Origin: Reclinomonas americana ATCC 50394
Lineage: Eukaryota
Length of the DNA stretch: 64,000 nucleotides
Direction: 5' to 3'
Assembly: GCA_048213135.1 (NCBI GenBank)
Contig: PS015295.1
Span: 14,449-78,448, forward strand
Within the stretch, counting starts at the first letter, position 1, and each line of letters begins with the position of its first letter. The notes under the pieces were generated by a model. The model was given only the letters and a program-made list of their open reading frames with translations. It did not search any database and was not told the origin of the DNA. This document shows positions 38,579-52,388 of the stretch, piece by piece. Position numbers and translations under genes: made by a program.

Positions 38579-39548
38579 GCCACTGGAGAGTCCGTACAAG
38601 CGATTGTGCCAGAACAAGCCGGGCTTGGAGAGAATACGAAAGCGCTTCAGCAGTGTCTCCGACAGCCTGGGCGAGCTGGGCTATCTGCTCAAGTTGCGAA
38701 GAGGGTGGTGGCGGTGACGGTGGTATGGTATTAGTTCTCGTCGAGCTGACTGACGATTGCGCAGAGAGACGCTGTGTGGATCGGTCACTCGACAGCGACT
38801 CGATCAACTGTGCGTGGGACTGCTGGCGGCCGGCTACGCTGCCAAGCGTGACCTGTATGAGGACATCGTGCGACTGAGCATGCTGCCGCCGAGTGAGGAC
38901 AAGTACGCACACCTCGGCAACGTGGAGCTGCAGGCACTGGTGAGCTGCTTCTGCCTGGATCCTCCCCCTGTCTCCCGCCTTTGCTCACTCTTATCACGCA
39001 CACAGCTGTATCGCACCGAGTCGGCGATTGCGGCGGCGTCGGTGGACGACGCTCTGCTGTGCGACGAGGACAGCTCAATGCTGGAGCAGTCGCCAAAGAG
39101 TGCTCCGTCGACGTTTTCGTCGCCGGCGTCCTCCTCGTCGACCGTCTCTCGAGGAGCCTCGTCCATGTCCTCATCGTCGCAGCAGCAGCAGCAGCAGCCA
39201 CCACTGCAGCAACAGCAGGGTCGCGCACGGCAACCACACCAGCAGCAGGAGGCGTTTGACGCGTCGCCGGCCGTGATGAAGCAGCTGGTGCACCGGCGGA
39301 AAGCGCAGCTGGCGCCGGAGCTGGCCGAGGAGCTGACGCGCTCGATTCGTGCCGAGGCTCTGGTGCGCAAAGAGCGCGCCCTGCTTCTCATTCTGCAAGA
39401 GTACGTGGCCAAGGTGTTCGAGGATCTCACCGTCAAGGGCGAGCAGCTGCTGCGTGGACTGGCCGTCAACAGCGAGGCTCCGCAGGTGATGGATGCACGC
39501 GACTTGTTGGATCTGGCCTCGGCGGCACTAGCAGCCAGCTCCAAATGA
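38353..39548 (+). CDS. Hypothetical protein (4 exons) with NLS-like RGRKRPR and Ser/Gln-rich linker
   Basis: Consistent GT-AG joins give one continuous frame ending at 39548. Confidence 0.55.
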
Positions 39549-39611
39549 ATAGTTACACAGCTTGGTTTCTCTTTATTTAGTGATGGTACAAGACGCGGGG
39601 GGGAGGAGGGG

Positions 39612-40537
39612 TCACAGCGACACGTGTTTTCCGAAACTGTTGTCGTCGTCGTCATCGTTGTTCTTGCCGTGCCTTGGCGGCTGCCTGTACATGTATGCTG
39701 GGTTTTGTGGTGGCGGTCGCTGCTCACCCACCAAGCTCGGCGGAACATACGAGCCTCCTCCAGCTGCTGCGTACGGATACGGCGGAGGTGGCGACTGCTG
39801 CGGTGGCGGTGACGGTGGCGGAGCCATGGCATACGCATACGATGGTGGCGGCTCCAGCGAGTAGGCCACAGGCGGCGGCGCGGCCGCGAATGGCTGCGGT
39901 TGTCGGATCAGCGGTGTTCCCATCACCGTCGGCTCGCCCGGGCGATTGTACAGCAGATACACAAAGTAGATCGCGGCGTACAACCACACCACCTGAGCCG
40001 TGCACGGCTGTGAGTGAAGAAGGAGAAGAAGGAGAAGAGAGAGGAGGAGGCGGACACTCACTCGCAAAATGAGCACGACGACGGCAATGATGGCCTGTGT
40101 GGAGGCTCCGTACGCAAAGTACACCGCCACCTGTGCCACGCTCACACCGAAGCGAGCTATGGCCAAGACCATGAACTGCGTGTGTGCGTGTGGCGAACAA
40201 TGCAGTCAGACACACACGTCTCGCTCTTTTTTTTTGCCGTGAATGCATGCATGCATGCATCACTGACCACAATGGCGGAGATTTTGCCGAGCGACTGCGC
40301 CGCGTACCAGCCCACGGGGATGGCAATGGACGACGTGGCCATGAGTGTGGTGGCCATGGCAAAGAGCACGTGACACTTGGTGCTGGTCTGAATGCACGTG
40401 GAGAGCACCACCATCAGATAGATCTCAATCGCCACAAAGATCACTTGCGCCACCGCCAGCCGCCGAATCACCGGCGCATATGCGGCCGCAGTGCTGTTGT
40501 GCCGCGCGCCCATAATGGCGCTCACAATGCTCCCCAT
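39612..40537 (-). CDS. Four-TM membrane protein with Pro/Tyr-rich (PPxY-like) tail
   Basis: Hydrophobic helices across 3 exons; tail contains PPSY and PPPPYPY. Confidence 0.65.
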
Positions 40538-40626
40538 GGAGAGAAGTTTTTCGTCGATAGTCTGGAATTTACACTTTGCTTCTTATCTCCTTCACCACTT
40601 ATCCTCCGTCGCGACCGCTGCTGCGT

Positions 40627-41499
40627 TTAAAAGTCCTCGTGCACATACACAAACTTCTTCGACAGCTTCTCAATGTCGCGCTCGATCTGCGACATAGTCT
40701 GCTCGTAGCGCTCCTTTCTGCATGCCACATGATCATCAGTGCTCATGCACCGGCTACATACTCTTCACAGACNNNNNNNNNNNNNNNNNNNNNNNNNNNN
40801 NNNNNNNNNNNNNNNNNNNNNNNNNNNNNNNNNNNNNNNNNNNNNNNNNNNNNNNNNNNNNNNNNNNNNNNNNNNNNNNNNNNNNNNNNNNNNNNNNNNN
40901 NNNNNNNNNNNNNNNNNNNNNNNNNNNNNNNNNNNNNNNNNNNNNNNNNNNNNNNNNNNNNNNNNNNNNNNNNNNNNNNNNNNNNNNNNNNNNNNNNNNN
41001 NNNNNNNNNNNNNNNNNNNNNNNNNNNNNNNNNNNNNNNNNNNNNNNNNNNNNNNNNNNNNNNNNNNNNNNNNNNNNNNNNNNNNNNNNNNNNNNNNNNN
41101 NNNNNNNNNNNNNNNNNNNNNNNNNNNNGTTGCACCGAGAGAGCGAGGGAAGTTAGTCCGACATGTCCGACTAAACGGCCGTTGACACGCACACACACAA
41201 ACGGCTTCCATCTCGTTTCTCCACTCACACACACGCACGCACGCACGCACAGCCATACACACACACCTGGCTTGGAGGTGCCTTGCAGCGCCACAGTGGA
41301 GCATGAGGGCGGCAGCGTGCCCGGGTACTGACTCTTGTACAACGGCTGTGTCCGCACACACACAAAAAGAGTCAGTCACACAGGCACAGGCACACAAGCA
41401 CACACACTGGGACGGAACCTTCTTGCGAGCTGCCGCCGGGCGAGTCTCGATGATGTTGTACACTGATTCGTCTTCGTCGTACGCAGCCGGACCCGACAT
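40627..41499 (-). CDS. ENKUR: Enkurin (axonemal protein), middle in gap
   Basis: N-terminal ESVYNII..LYKSQYPGTLPPSCST and C-terminal KERYEQTMSQIERDIEKLSKKFVYV match enkurin termini. Confidence 0.75.
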
Positions 41500-41601
41500 C
41501 TTCTCTCACGAAAGTGTTCTTGTGTGTGTGTGTGTGTGTGTGAAAATGAAATCGCAATCGACGGACAAACTCACATCAAAGCCACACTTCACCCACGCGC
41601 C

Positions 41602-43016
41602 ATGGTCCGCAAGGTCAGTCGCTGCGGCCGGTTGTCTGTGGGGCCCGCCCGCACAGTCGGGCGTGCCTGTGTGTGCATGCGTGTGTGTTGGGGCGGGGGG
41701 ATGATGAGAAAGTAGTGAGAGTCTTTTGTGTGCATTGTTTGCGCGTGTTTCCTTGGCTACAATGTGCGTAATCTTTCGTTGTTCAGCAGCAGAGGTCATG
41801 TGGTGGTGTATGGAAGCGTGTGCGGGGGTGAGGGCGACGATGGGAGGTGGCGGCGCCGTCGTTGGTCATGGCGCATGTGGATGTGCATGACATGCGCGCG
41901 TACGCCGTCTGCCCCCTTTCCTCTCGCCTCTGCCTCCCTCTCTCCTTCTCCTCTCCACCCGTCTGTGTCGGTGTGCTGTGGTGATTCGTTGTACTTGTAC
42001 GTATGTTGGTGGGAGTGGTGTGTCATGGCTTCTTTGTTACACTCACTCACGCACTCATTCACAATCTATCCTCTTGGCTGTTTGTGATGAGCGAGCGTAG
42101 CGATGATAGTGCTCAGGAGAAGAAGAAGAAGAAACACTCGTTGTGCTCACTCTTGCAACTGTGCATTCATTCAGTACATTGTTGTCGACGCACGTGGCCA
42201 CTTGCTCGGCCGCCTGGCGTCCATTGTCGCCAAGCAGCTGTTGAACGGCCAGCCGATTGCCGTCGTCCGCACCGAGGGCATCAACATCTCGGGCTCCTTC
42301 TTCCGCAACAAGCTGAAGGTTTCCTGCTTTTTCTTTCCTGGATGATGATGATGATGATGATGAGAGCATCAATGCTGACACGCTCGCTCTTCTCGCGTCG
42401 TTCAGTACTTGGCCTTCCTGCGCAAGAAGACCCGCACTAACCCGCGCCGTGGTGCCTTCCACTTCCGCGCACCCTCGAAGATCCTGTACCGTGTGATCCG
42501 CGGCATGATTCCTCACAAGACTGCTCGTGGTGCGGCCGCTCTGGAGCGCCTCACGGTTTGTCGTGCACAGGTGCAGCGAGCGGAACACGTGTGCTCACTG
42601 GGAAGCTCTCTCTCTCTCTTTGTTTTAGGTGGTGGAGGGCATTCCGCCACAGTACCAGAAGTCGAAGCGCATGGTGATCCCGTCGGCACTCCGCGTGACT
42701 CGCCTGGCCCCTGGCCGCCGCTACTGCACACTGGCTCGTCTCTCAGCCGAGGTGGGCTGGAAGTACCAGGACGTCGTTGCCCGCCTGGAGGAGAAGCGCA
42801 AGGCCAAGTCTGTCGCATACCACCAGAAGACGAAGGCCATGCTGAAGCTTATGGTTCGCGATGTTTTTTTTTGTTGTTGTCGTCGTCGAGCAGCTGCAGG
42901 CGTCTCCGACACACTGTGCTCATCTATATGTTCTATTACTACAGAGCACTGCAAAGGAGGCCGTGGCCGAGAAGAACCCGCAGCAGGCTGCTGAGCTGCG
43001 AGCGATGGGCTTCTAA
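41602..43016 (+). CDS. RPL13A: 60S ribosomal protein L13a (uL13), 5 exons; 12-nt first coding exon MVRK then intron 41614-42174
   Basis: [54 protein letters not shown]. Confidence 0.97.
41700..41795 (+). ncRNA. Candidate intronic snoRNA in RPL13A intron 1
   Basis: Hairpin with internal loop complementary to SSU rRNA GAAAC-UU-AAAGGA followed by ACA; also an AUGAUGA box and a 12-nt LSU-complementary stretch. Confidence 0.35.
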
Positions 43017-43427
43017 TCTGTTGGTTGTGGACATGTTCACGACAACCTGTTGGTGCGTTGAGAGGCGTGGCGTGGGCGAGTCGGATGGGTGTGGGCGAGC
43101 AGGTGATCACGGGACTACAAGGAGGGGCGTGGAGAGGTGGAGACACTGGATGGGGGTGGCAGTAACAGCAGCAGCAGCAGCGGCAGCGGAAACAATGTCT
43201 TGTCTGTTGTGTGTGCTGCCTCCCGTTATCTTCTCTCGCTCGTCGTTTATTCTCTTCCTGTGCATCCTCTTGTTTGTCTGCTCCCGTGTGGCCTGTCTGC
43301 GCCGTGTCTTTCTGCGTGGCGATGCGTGTGGCTTGCATTGAAATTCATCAAACACAAAAAATCGCGATCGATCCAGCGCCAAATTTTAGAGGACCTTACC
43401 AAAGAAACACGCGGCGGCGCCGACGGC

Positions 43428-44294
43428 ATGCAGCGCCGCGTGCACTGTCTACTGCTGCAGCTCGATCCTGCTGCGCCCGGTCGACCTGCAGCTTTGGGGC
43501 GCGATGATGTGGCGGCGGCAAAAGCATCACCAGAAGACGAGCGCAAGCTCGCCGTGTCGCTNNNNNNNNNNNNNNNNNNNNTGCGGCTGCTGCGACGACG
43601 AAACGATCGCGCTTTGTGCGTCTGTTCGCCGTGTTGCCAACACTCGGCATGCGCACATCGCTCTTTGTCGCCGATTCGATTCTGCTCGTGCTCCGCGTGT
43701 CGTCAGCCGCCGTGTATGCCCTGTCGATCTCGGTGCACCGACGGTTAAACTTTTTGCGGTGAGCTCTCATCTTTTTTTGATCGACCTTCCTTCCTTCCGC
43801 CGATCGTTCGTGCTCATTCGTGCGCAGCGAGTTGCTGCTGGAGCTGAGCGCCGACGCAAGTGTGAGGTGGTCGCGCGCTGCGAAAAAGTTTGAGCAGGAG
43901 GTGTTTGGCGATCCTGCCGCTGCTGGCGGATCGTCGTCGACCCTGGTGCAAGCTGCGCGCGTCGGGGTTGGAATGGCGCGCCTGTGTGAACGGTTTGTGC
44001 GAGCGCATCCACGGTTGCGTCGAGCGGCGCGGCGCGCTGGCGATGTGTTCATGACGTTGGCCGATGTTGCACGGCGCGGTGTAAAGTGGGCCGCTCTGGC
44101 GTACCCGTGGGCGCTGCTGACGCTTCGGAATGTCATTCTGCCGATGATCGTCGGCTATGCTCCACTATTTCACGCCATGGTAGATCAGTTGCGTGGCACA
44201 CTCGCAGCTTGTGTATAGGAGGGAGGGGTGACGAGGAGGATGGCTCATTCGTGTTGTGCAACAGAGCGTGGCATCGACTGTACAAACTGAGTGA
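43428..44294 (+). CDS. Hypothetical protein; ends uncertain
   Basis: Exon 43828-44178 (ELLLELSADASVRWSRAAKKFEQEVFG...) with flanking splice sites. Confidence 0.4.
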
Positions 44295-44434
44295 GTCGTT
44301 GCTGCGAGGACTGCTCGAGTCTGAATTCGTCGAAAGTCTTCTCAGCGAATGAAACACGCCACCGCCACTTGTGTAACTAACCAACATTCTTATTGTACTT
44401 TCGATCTGTTTTCCGCTACACTCTGTCTCTTCTC

Positions 44435-47400
44435 CTATCTGTCCCAGCCGAACGTGGGCTTGCCGATGAGTGGTAGTTGCCCACTGCTGGCGAGACGACT
44501 GCGACCACCGCCACCTCCGGCGGGTTTGTCGGAAATTGTCGGTGACGGACTTCGGCTGGCGGTTGATGGCGCCGTCGTGCGGGCAGAGCGGAAGGCGCCG
44601 GAAGGTATGTCCGAGTGATGTCGGGGACTGGTGGTGGCAGATCGCGAGGCGGGCGGGACCGCCGCACCACGACCATTCGGCTTGGTCACCGCCGGCAACT
44701 GCGTCAGCGACATGAGGTCCACCGAAATGACGCCGGCATTGCGCTTCGCCGCCAGCTGATTCGTGTCGTTCGACTGTGAGGCAGCGGGTCGGCGATTGGG
44801 CAGTAGTGGTGGAGATCGCCGACCACCAGCACCCTGGCCAACCGGCAGGTCTGCATCGAGAGTGAGGGTCACCTCGTGTTGCACCGGAGGGTTGGGATTG
44901 TCGCGTGCTGCTGGCTCAGGCGTCAGTTCTGGCGATGGCGACCGCCGATTGGCAGCATTTCTGCCCTCCTTGCGCAAGTGCAACAGGTTTGGTGCCTCCT
45001 GATGCGCAGGTGCGCGCGGCTGCCGCGTGTTGCCAAGCATGGCGGTGGGGTCGAAAACGGCAAAATCTGTGTCGTGCACACACGGTCAGTCAGTGCGTGT
45101 CAGTCAGCGCTGCTTGTGGTGTGCGTACGACGACGTAACGGTACTCCTTCTTCGAGAGTGGATCCTTGGGCGGATGCTGCTCTCCACGCACGGAGGTGCC
45201 AATGTCGTCCAGGTCCGACGTGCCTGCTGCCACCGCGAGCGCCGCCGATTCGGAGATTTCCATTGATGTTGGTCGACTCGGCGGCCGCTCTCTTGATCCG
45301 GTGCGATCGCGTGAGGCCTTCGGATCGTACAATGGCGCTCGAATTCTCCTCTTCACCACAGGCTCTGGGCGCACTTCTGCCGGCGCGGCATCGGCCTCTT
45401 GCTGTGAGTCAGCAACGGTCACTGCGGCCGGGTCGTCAGCCGTTGCCGTGTCGACGGCCGTCGGTGTGGCGTCACTTGCTGCTGTTGTTGTTGTTGTTGC
45501 AGGTGACGATGCAGCTGGTTCTGGCGTTGGCTCGGGCACTGGCTTCGCGACATTGACGTCCAGTGCTTGCGGAGGTGGAGCAGTGGCCTTTGGTGTCGAT
45601 ACTGCAATCGGTTTCAGCGTCGGCTTCGATGCGACTGGTGGGTGAGTTCGCAGCGGTACGCCAATGTCTGGTTGGATCACGATGGATCGTTGGCTGGCTG
45701 GATCCAACGTTAGCGCTTGTGCCTTGGGTCGGCGCACGCTGTCAGGTGCACGAGGAGATGACGACACTGGCGCCTGGTCGAGGGAAATGTGACGGTGTTG
45801 GCTGCGGGAGGAGAGCTGTTGCAGCGAGCCTCGTTGTTGCGACTTGTCTTGTTGCTGTTGCTGGTCCTGTAGCCGTCGGAGGGAGCCAATCTCCTGCTGC
45901 CGCTGACGCGGTGAGGCTTGTGGCGTAGCCAGTGGCGCCGGCTGCTCATCCGCTGGTGTCGAAGGCGGATGCACAGGCTGATCCTGCGATTGCCGCACTT
46001 CCGATGGCATCTGAGCAGCTGCCTCGTCGCCAGGAGCCGCGTCGCCCTGTTGATGCTGACCGTGCTGGTGCTGCTGGCGTTCTTGTTGCTGCTGTTGTTG
46101 CTGCTGCTGCTGCTGCTGTTGTGGTTGCTGTTGCTGCGGCTGTTGCTGCTGTTGTTGTTGTTGCTCCTGCTGCTGCTGCTGCTTCTGCTCTTGATGTGCT
46201 GACTGACCTATGCCGTCTGGCGACGATGATTGGCTCGGGTGCGGTTGGAGGAGCTGCTCCAGAAGCGGGTCCGACGGCGACTGTGGGTATGCTGTGACTG
46301 CTGACGGCTGTTGTTGTTCCTGCTGTTTATGTTCGCGCTGCAGTTGTTCCTTCGGTTCCAGTGGGTCCAGAATTGAGTGGATGCGGGACGACGCAGCCGG
46401 CGCAGTGTTTTGCTCCACAGCAGCCGTCGTTCCGGCCGAGTCGTCCGCTGTTGACGCGAGTGTCGATGGTTCCTCACGCCGTGCAGAGGCCTGCTCCGGT
46501 GTTGCAGTCCGTCTACTTCCTCCTCTGCCAGACGCAGGCCCAACGTCCAGCGCATTCGACGAGCTCTTGTGCAACACGAAGCTTGCACGCGGCGACACCG
46601 TTGATGAAATCGAACCACCGCGACTTGCTCGTCGGTGCAGTCGACCGCCGGTCGGTGTCGTTGCGGCGGCGAGGGAGCCACGTCGTGCATCGCCGTCGCC
46701 TTCCAGCTGCTTCAGGTCACTGGCACCGTCGCTGCTCGCCAGCCGTCTCGCCTCGCGTCCATCGCCTGCTTCGTCACCGTAGCCGTCATCGTCTTGCCTT
46801 GCCGCAATGCTCACGCGCCTGTTGCGTCCAGGATGCGTCAAGGCCACTGACCGCCTGCGCAATTGCACAAACTGCTGCTGCGAGAGTGACGAGCGGCGGC
46901 GAATCAGTTTGCGGGATGAAGCTGCTGGGGTTCCACCGGCAATGTACGCCAGCGCAGCGTCGAGAGCACGAGTGATCTTGTCCACCACCTCGGGATTGGA
47001 GCCGTGTTTCTCAGTCGCCGTCTTTTGCCAGTATTTCTGTACACGCGCAGTCCACACATAGTGAGTGCACGGTAGCATGTTGCCTCTTTCCAGCTCCAGT
47101 GGCAGCATACCAGCATTGAGGCGACATTCTGGACGTTGACGGTGCGCATTGTTGACTGTGGTTTGTGAAACGAACAAGTCAGTCTGTGAACACCACTTCT
47201 GTCGCACTGCATGGTGCTGCATACCAGCAGTTCGTGCAGGCCAGTGGCGAGCTCCGACACCTCATCAGTCGCCAGTTCGGACACTGCAGGCTGCTCACTG
47301 TGTGTGTGTTTGTGTTCCCCGTCCGCACGTCAGCAACAACTCTTGCCACAACAACGGAGGGTCAACAACACAACACACGTACCGGAGAGCATTGCTCTTC

Positions 47401-49958
47401 GCCAACAGGTCACCACACAGTCCGAGAAGGCGGGAGCTGTCGCCCATGACTGGTGCGAGAGTCTCGCGTGCCGCGGCGAGCATGGCGGTGGCACTGTCGT
47501 TGCAGTCGGTGACCAGTGTCCGCCGCTGACCCAATTCTGCTTTCAGTGCCACCAGTTGTTCGTGTGTTCGTGCCAATGCCCCGGCACACTCGACCACCGC
47601 CTGCTCCGCCACAGCTCGCGCCGCAAATGACTCCACCAGCAGGTCGTGCACTTCATCCAGAGTGGCCAACCGAAGCCCGAGACGGTCGGCAATCTCCTGT
47701 GCGCGCACCATGGAGTCGCGCTCCAGAGTCACTTGCAGCAGCCTCGACTCCAGTGTCTTGATATGTGCACTCTGCTGTGCGACCTGCTGCTCGAGTTCAG
47801 CATTGCTGGTGCGCAGCGAAGCACAGCTCTCACAAAGACGAGTCGCGAGAAGTCGGAGTGGCAGAATGCCGTCGGCTTGCACACCACACTCGACGGCGTC
47901 GTTCTCGTCGGGCACCTGCACTCCGTTGTGCGCAAAGCTGCACGGTCGAGCCGGCAGCTGGTCCGCCTCACTGACTATCTGGTTGAGGGTTTCGTAGGAT
48001 AGCGGCTGCAACGGGGCACGATGTTGTTAAGTCACAAAACCGACCGACTTCTGATATTGATTGGTGAGCGCTCACCTCGTCGGTATCCGGTTGCAGAATC
48101 TTGTCTCGCAACCACAGGTAGCGCTCGCGGCTCTCACGGATACGTAGAGCCATGTCCTCGATGGAGATCATGTACGTGTGCACGGTTACGCGCTGTCCCT
48201 CTTGAATTCTGCAGTCACAGTCAGTACAGTGTATTTGCAGGGAGGGGAAAGAGACTACAGTGTGCACGCACTCGAGTTCCTCACGCCAGCTCTTGACGGG
48301 ATTGTCGCGTAGCACGATACCAGGGACATTCTATTCACACCGCCAGCGATGTATGTGTGTGTGAAGAGAGAGAAAGCTGGCAGTGATTGGCTGGCGCACA
48401 GCGGACGAACCAGCGATAGTCTCCGCCGGTCGCCCACTGGACCATCTTGATGTTGCCTGATCTGTTGAGTGTGTGTGTGTGTGGTGAGACACTGTGCACA
48501 CACCAGCCCAATTGGCCTCCTCTCGCTCGCCAAACCTTGTCAATCGCGTTGGTGAATTCGGTCTGCAACTCTCGCATCAGTTGCTCCCGTTCCAGATCGC
48601 GTCGTGCGCTGGACTTTTCAAACTGCGCGCACGCAAACATGGTTGCCTTCAGCCATGGCAAACCCCCACCACAGGGAAAGAAATAAGGGCAACGCAACCT
48701 CGTCCAACAGGCCGCCCAGTTCAGCCTGCAAGGAGGCATACAGTTGCTGAAAGTGCCTTTCGGTTTCCGCAAACTGCATGCGGTGGCGATCATGTCACAA
48801 TACATGCACATCATCATCATCACCTCCCCGTTATCACTGTGTTCTGAACGTACCGCATCCTTGGTGCTTTGCACCTCTTCCGACGCCAAACGCAGTCGCT
48901 GCGTGAGCACGGCAATGGTCAAGTGCGCATCGTCCAGTTCCTGTTTCCGGGTCTTCCGTTGCGGAGTGGAACCGGCTGGCAGAGAAGCAGCAGCAGCGGC
49001 GGAAGTCGCAGCAGCAGTGACGATTGTGGGTGTGGCAGTGGTAGCTGTCGCTTGATCCTTTCTGTGTGCCGGCGGTCGACGGCCATCACCGTTGGCAGGA
49101 GCCGCGTTTCCGGCACTTGTCTGCAACTGCAACAGCTGTGGTGTGTTCCGCAGTGCGTCAGTGAAAGGCACCGCGTTCCCTTCGCTCACACGTTGGTACC
49201 TTTTCGCGAGCATGCTTCACATTCTCAGCAATGGCGGTGGCCAGGTGATCAATGTGCGTCGAAATCGGCTCCATGAGCGTGATGAATGCCTCCACCGAGT
49301 CCGGCATTTGCATCATCTGTGGCCGCATCAGTGTTGAGTTTCGAGGTTTCGGCTCATCTGGCATGCGCCTTACCTCGTGGAACAGCAGTGGCCGCACGTC
49401 AGGCAGCGTCAGCAGTGGTGGCCGCGGACCGCCGAGTTGATGTGTCGCTCGTGCACACAACTCCAATCGCAACAGCACCTGCACGTGTTCGTGAGCGACA
49501 CAGACACGTCTCGCAGCGCACACACACACACACACAGTGCGTGTGCAGTGGTGCAGAGTACGTACCGCGTCTGTCCACCGCGACAAGAAGAGCGCCATGT
49601 GTGAGTACTCAACGTACTCACGAACGCGTCGCTCCTCTTCGCATTCTGGTCGATGATACATTCCCCATTGTCGCTGACCGAGTTGCTCGACGGTGCGCTG
49701 CATCTTGGCCACCTGCGCCGCCTCGATCGCACCATCAGGCTCGTCGCCCACACTCGGAACGGTGTGCGCCCACGCCTTGGCTGACACTGAGGGGTGTTTG
49801 CTGGCGCCAGCGACGCACGCGCGGTAGCTGGCCACCACCTGACTGTACAGACTGCTGTTCTCCTCGGCATCAGTCGACGACGACGACGATGGCACTGGCT
49901 GCGAGTCGGTTGCGACCGATGGCACGGCTGCGGCCACACCCACATCCGACACGGACAT
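44435..49958 (-). CDS. Large coiled-coil/low-complexity protein (multi-exon; possibly two genes)
   Basis: Long minus-strand exons 49561-49958, 47380-48005 and 45141-47040 (poly-Q, Pro/Ala-rich); no recognised domain. Confidence 0.5.
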
Positions 49959-50028
49959 GCGTTTTCTCGCGATAATGAGAAAAAACGGTCGGCCGAGTTA
50001 ATATTTACAGTAGGTCCTAATGCAATTT

Positions 50029-52388
50029 TCACTCCCGATCATTAGCACTCTCCGCATGGTTGTCTTCCGCTTGCTCCGCTGCCGCCGGCTCCGGCTCCGA
50101 CTCTGGCACCGGCAAGGCGATCCCGTCTATCGATTTGGCGGCAGCCACCATCGTCTCGGGCAATATGGTGGTGATCACCGATACGATCGAGTTGCGCAAG
50201 TCAAAAAAGTCGTAACGCACCAATGCGGGTAATTGCTGCGTGACAACTCGAACGGGCTCGGCCAGGAACAGATCCCGCTGGTTGGCGTAGGCCGCGTACG
50301 CATACAATCGTGAGGGGTCCTGGATGCTGGCCTGCTCGAGAGCCGCCATGGTGCTCCTCGTTAGATTCGAGTCGGAAAGCACCACGAGCACAAATACGGG
50401 GGCGCGAATCTGCACGGTGAGTGAGACGCAAGGCATGACTTTTGAGGAGCGGAAGTGAGCGATAATGAGTGGTGGGTGTGCACGCAACAGAGTCGCGGAC
50501 AATATCCATCATCTCCCGATTGAACTGTGGTGCAATCGGCAGCTGATGGTTGTGAATCCAGTTGCCGAGTTGCGTCTGTGGAATCACCACCACCACGTGA
50601 TCAGAGTAACACAACAAGGAGAGGGCTGCAATCGCGGTGGTGGTGGTATGCGCAACTGGATCGGCAAGTGCACCCGCACAGTAAAAGTGCTCTCGATTAC
50701 GATTGAGCAACAGTGTGCCGGCGTGCTTGCAATGCTTGGCCTCCTCTCGCACCTCGCCCTGTAGCCGCGCAACGCCTCGCAGCGACTGAATACGGAAGAA
50801 CTGGACCGTCTCGCGCGTGGCAAATGCAAGAGAAGCATCGCGCAGGGCCACCTACGCGTGTCGTCGTCGACGATGAGTGAGCTCACAGACACAAGAAGTC
50901 GTTTCTTGATTCGCGTACACTCACCGCCGATGCCGAATCCGCCTTGGGCGCCGTCATGATTACCACAGCCTCGTTGTGGTCCAACGGCAGCTCATTGATG
51001 CTCTCCGCTGTGGTGAAGGGCACGGGGGAGAAGGCGGAGACCACGAACTGAATGATGTGCAGCAGGTTGCGTTGTCCACTGTAGGCCGACAGCACACCGT
51101 GCGCTCGCCTGCGATCGAGAGAGGAAAAGGGGAAAGAACGCGGCGTGGTCTTGAGAAAGGAGAGGACAAGTGCACAGCAACAAAATCACAAGCACTGGGG
51201 AGCGCACCAGGCGAGATGCGGCACAGCGGCCAGCTGGAGGGAGATGCACTTTTGTCGCATGTTGCCGTTGCATTCAAAGGCGCCAAACTTGACCGACAGG
51301 TGCATGTTGGCCACATCAGCAGCCGCACTAGAGAAGACGTGCATCATCTTTTCACACGGCGGCGAGTGCTGCACAAAGCTGCGTGGCCGTTTAGTCCGTC
51401 CATCAGCTAACATACCGCAGCGAGTGCCAACAGACAACTGCACGCAACAAGAGGATGAACCACGTGCCGGTCTGCGTGAGGCGCTCAAAGTCTCGTATGC
51501 TACTGAATGTGGTCACCAGCGTCGCGTGCGAGCTTCCTCGCAGTCCTCTCGCGCGCTCCTCCTCACTTTCCTCCCAGCTCTCGTCCTCCCCTTCGTCATC
51601 TTCGTCTCCTCTCTCCTCTTCTCCCCTTGCATCGACTCCTGGCACAGCAGCGGGTGCTGCCGTCTCTCCCTGCTGCTGCTGCTGCTGCTGCGGCTGCTCC
51701 GGAGGCGGTGAAGTCGCCAGCAATGCATGCAGATCCTCAGCCGACGCAGGCGATGTGGTCACCGCCTCATTCTCGTGGCTTGCAGGCGCCTGGCGCAGCA
51801 TGAGCAGTCAGTCGGCCCGCCTCAGTCATGTTTTTGTCTTCTCCCACTCGCTGCTGCACTCACCTCGTGCTCTGTCGCCGACGATGCAGTTTCTGTACTT
51901 GACAAGGCTGCGGCGGCCTCCTTGTCGACCCGCGAAGCATCTGCAGCCGGCACTGGCGGCACACTTGACTTGGTGCTCACACGTGTTGGTGTGTAGCTGG
52001 AGACAGACGAGCGACGGCCACCACGCGAAGGCCACGCAATCTGCCCGCGAGGACCGAATCGCGGCTTATTGAATGGATCATCCAGCGGCACACCGCCGTT
52101 GCCGGCAGGTGGCAGCTGTGAGGAGGAGGATACACCCACTGGCTTGCCCAACAGCGAGGGGTAGTTGTGCGCCACAAATGCAGTGGACAACACGCCCGCC
52201 ACAGTCAGGCCCAACACACACAACACCACCATTCCAAATGTCACACGACCGCGACGAGCGGCCGATGCGAGGCTCTCTCTCTCGTCCTCACTGTCGCTCT
52301 CGTGCTCGAGCGCATGTCCCCGCGGCGCAGAGTGTGGCAGTGTCGGACCACCACCACCACCACCACCACCACGAGGAGCGCCCTTCAT
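50029..52388 (-). CDS. Type II membrane protein with degenerate thioredoxin/PDI-like domains
   Basis: TM MVVLCVLGLTVAGVL; FVQHSPPCEKM..F..AA..VKFGAFEC..C....VP..YSGQRN follows the thioredoxin-fold pattern with SxxC in place of CxxC. Confidence 0.6.

Noticed and set aside
42009-42066. Second H/ACA-like hairpin ending in ACA in RPL13A intron 1
   Set aside because: The 3' arm is the low-complexity cactcactcac typical of introns here, and no rRNA target was evident.
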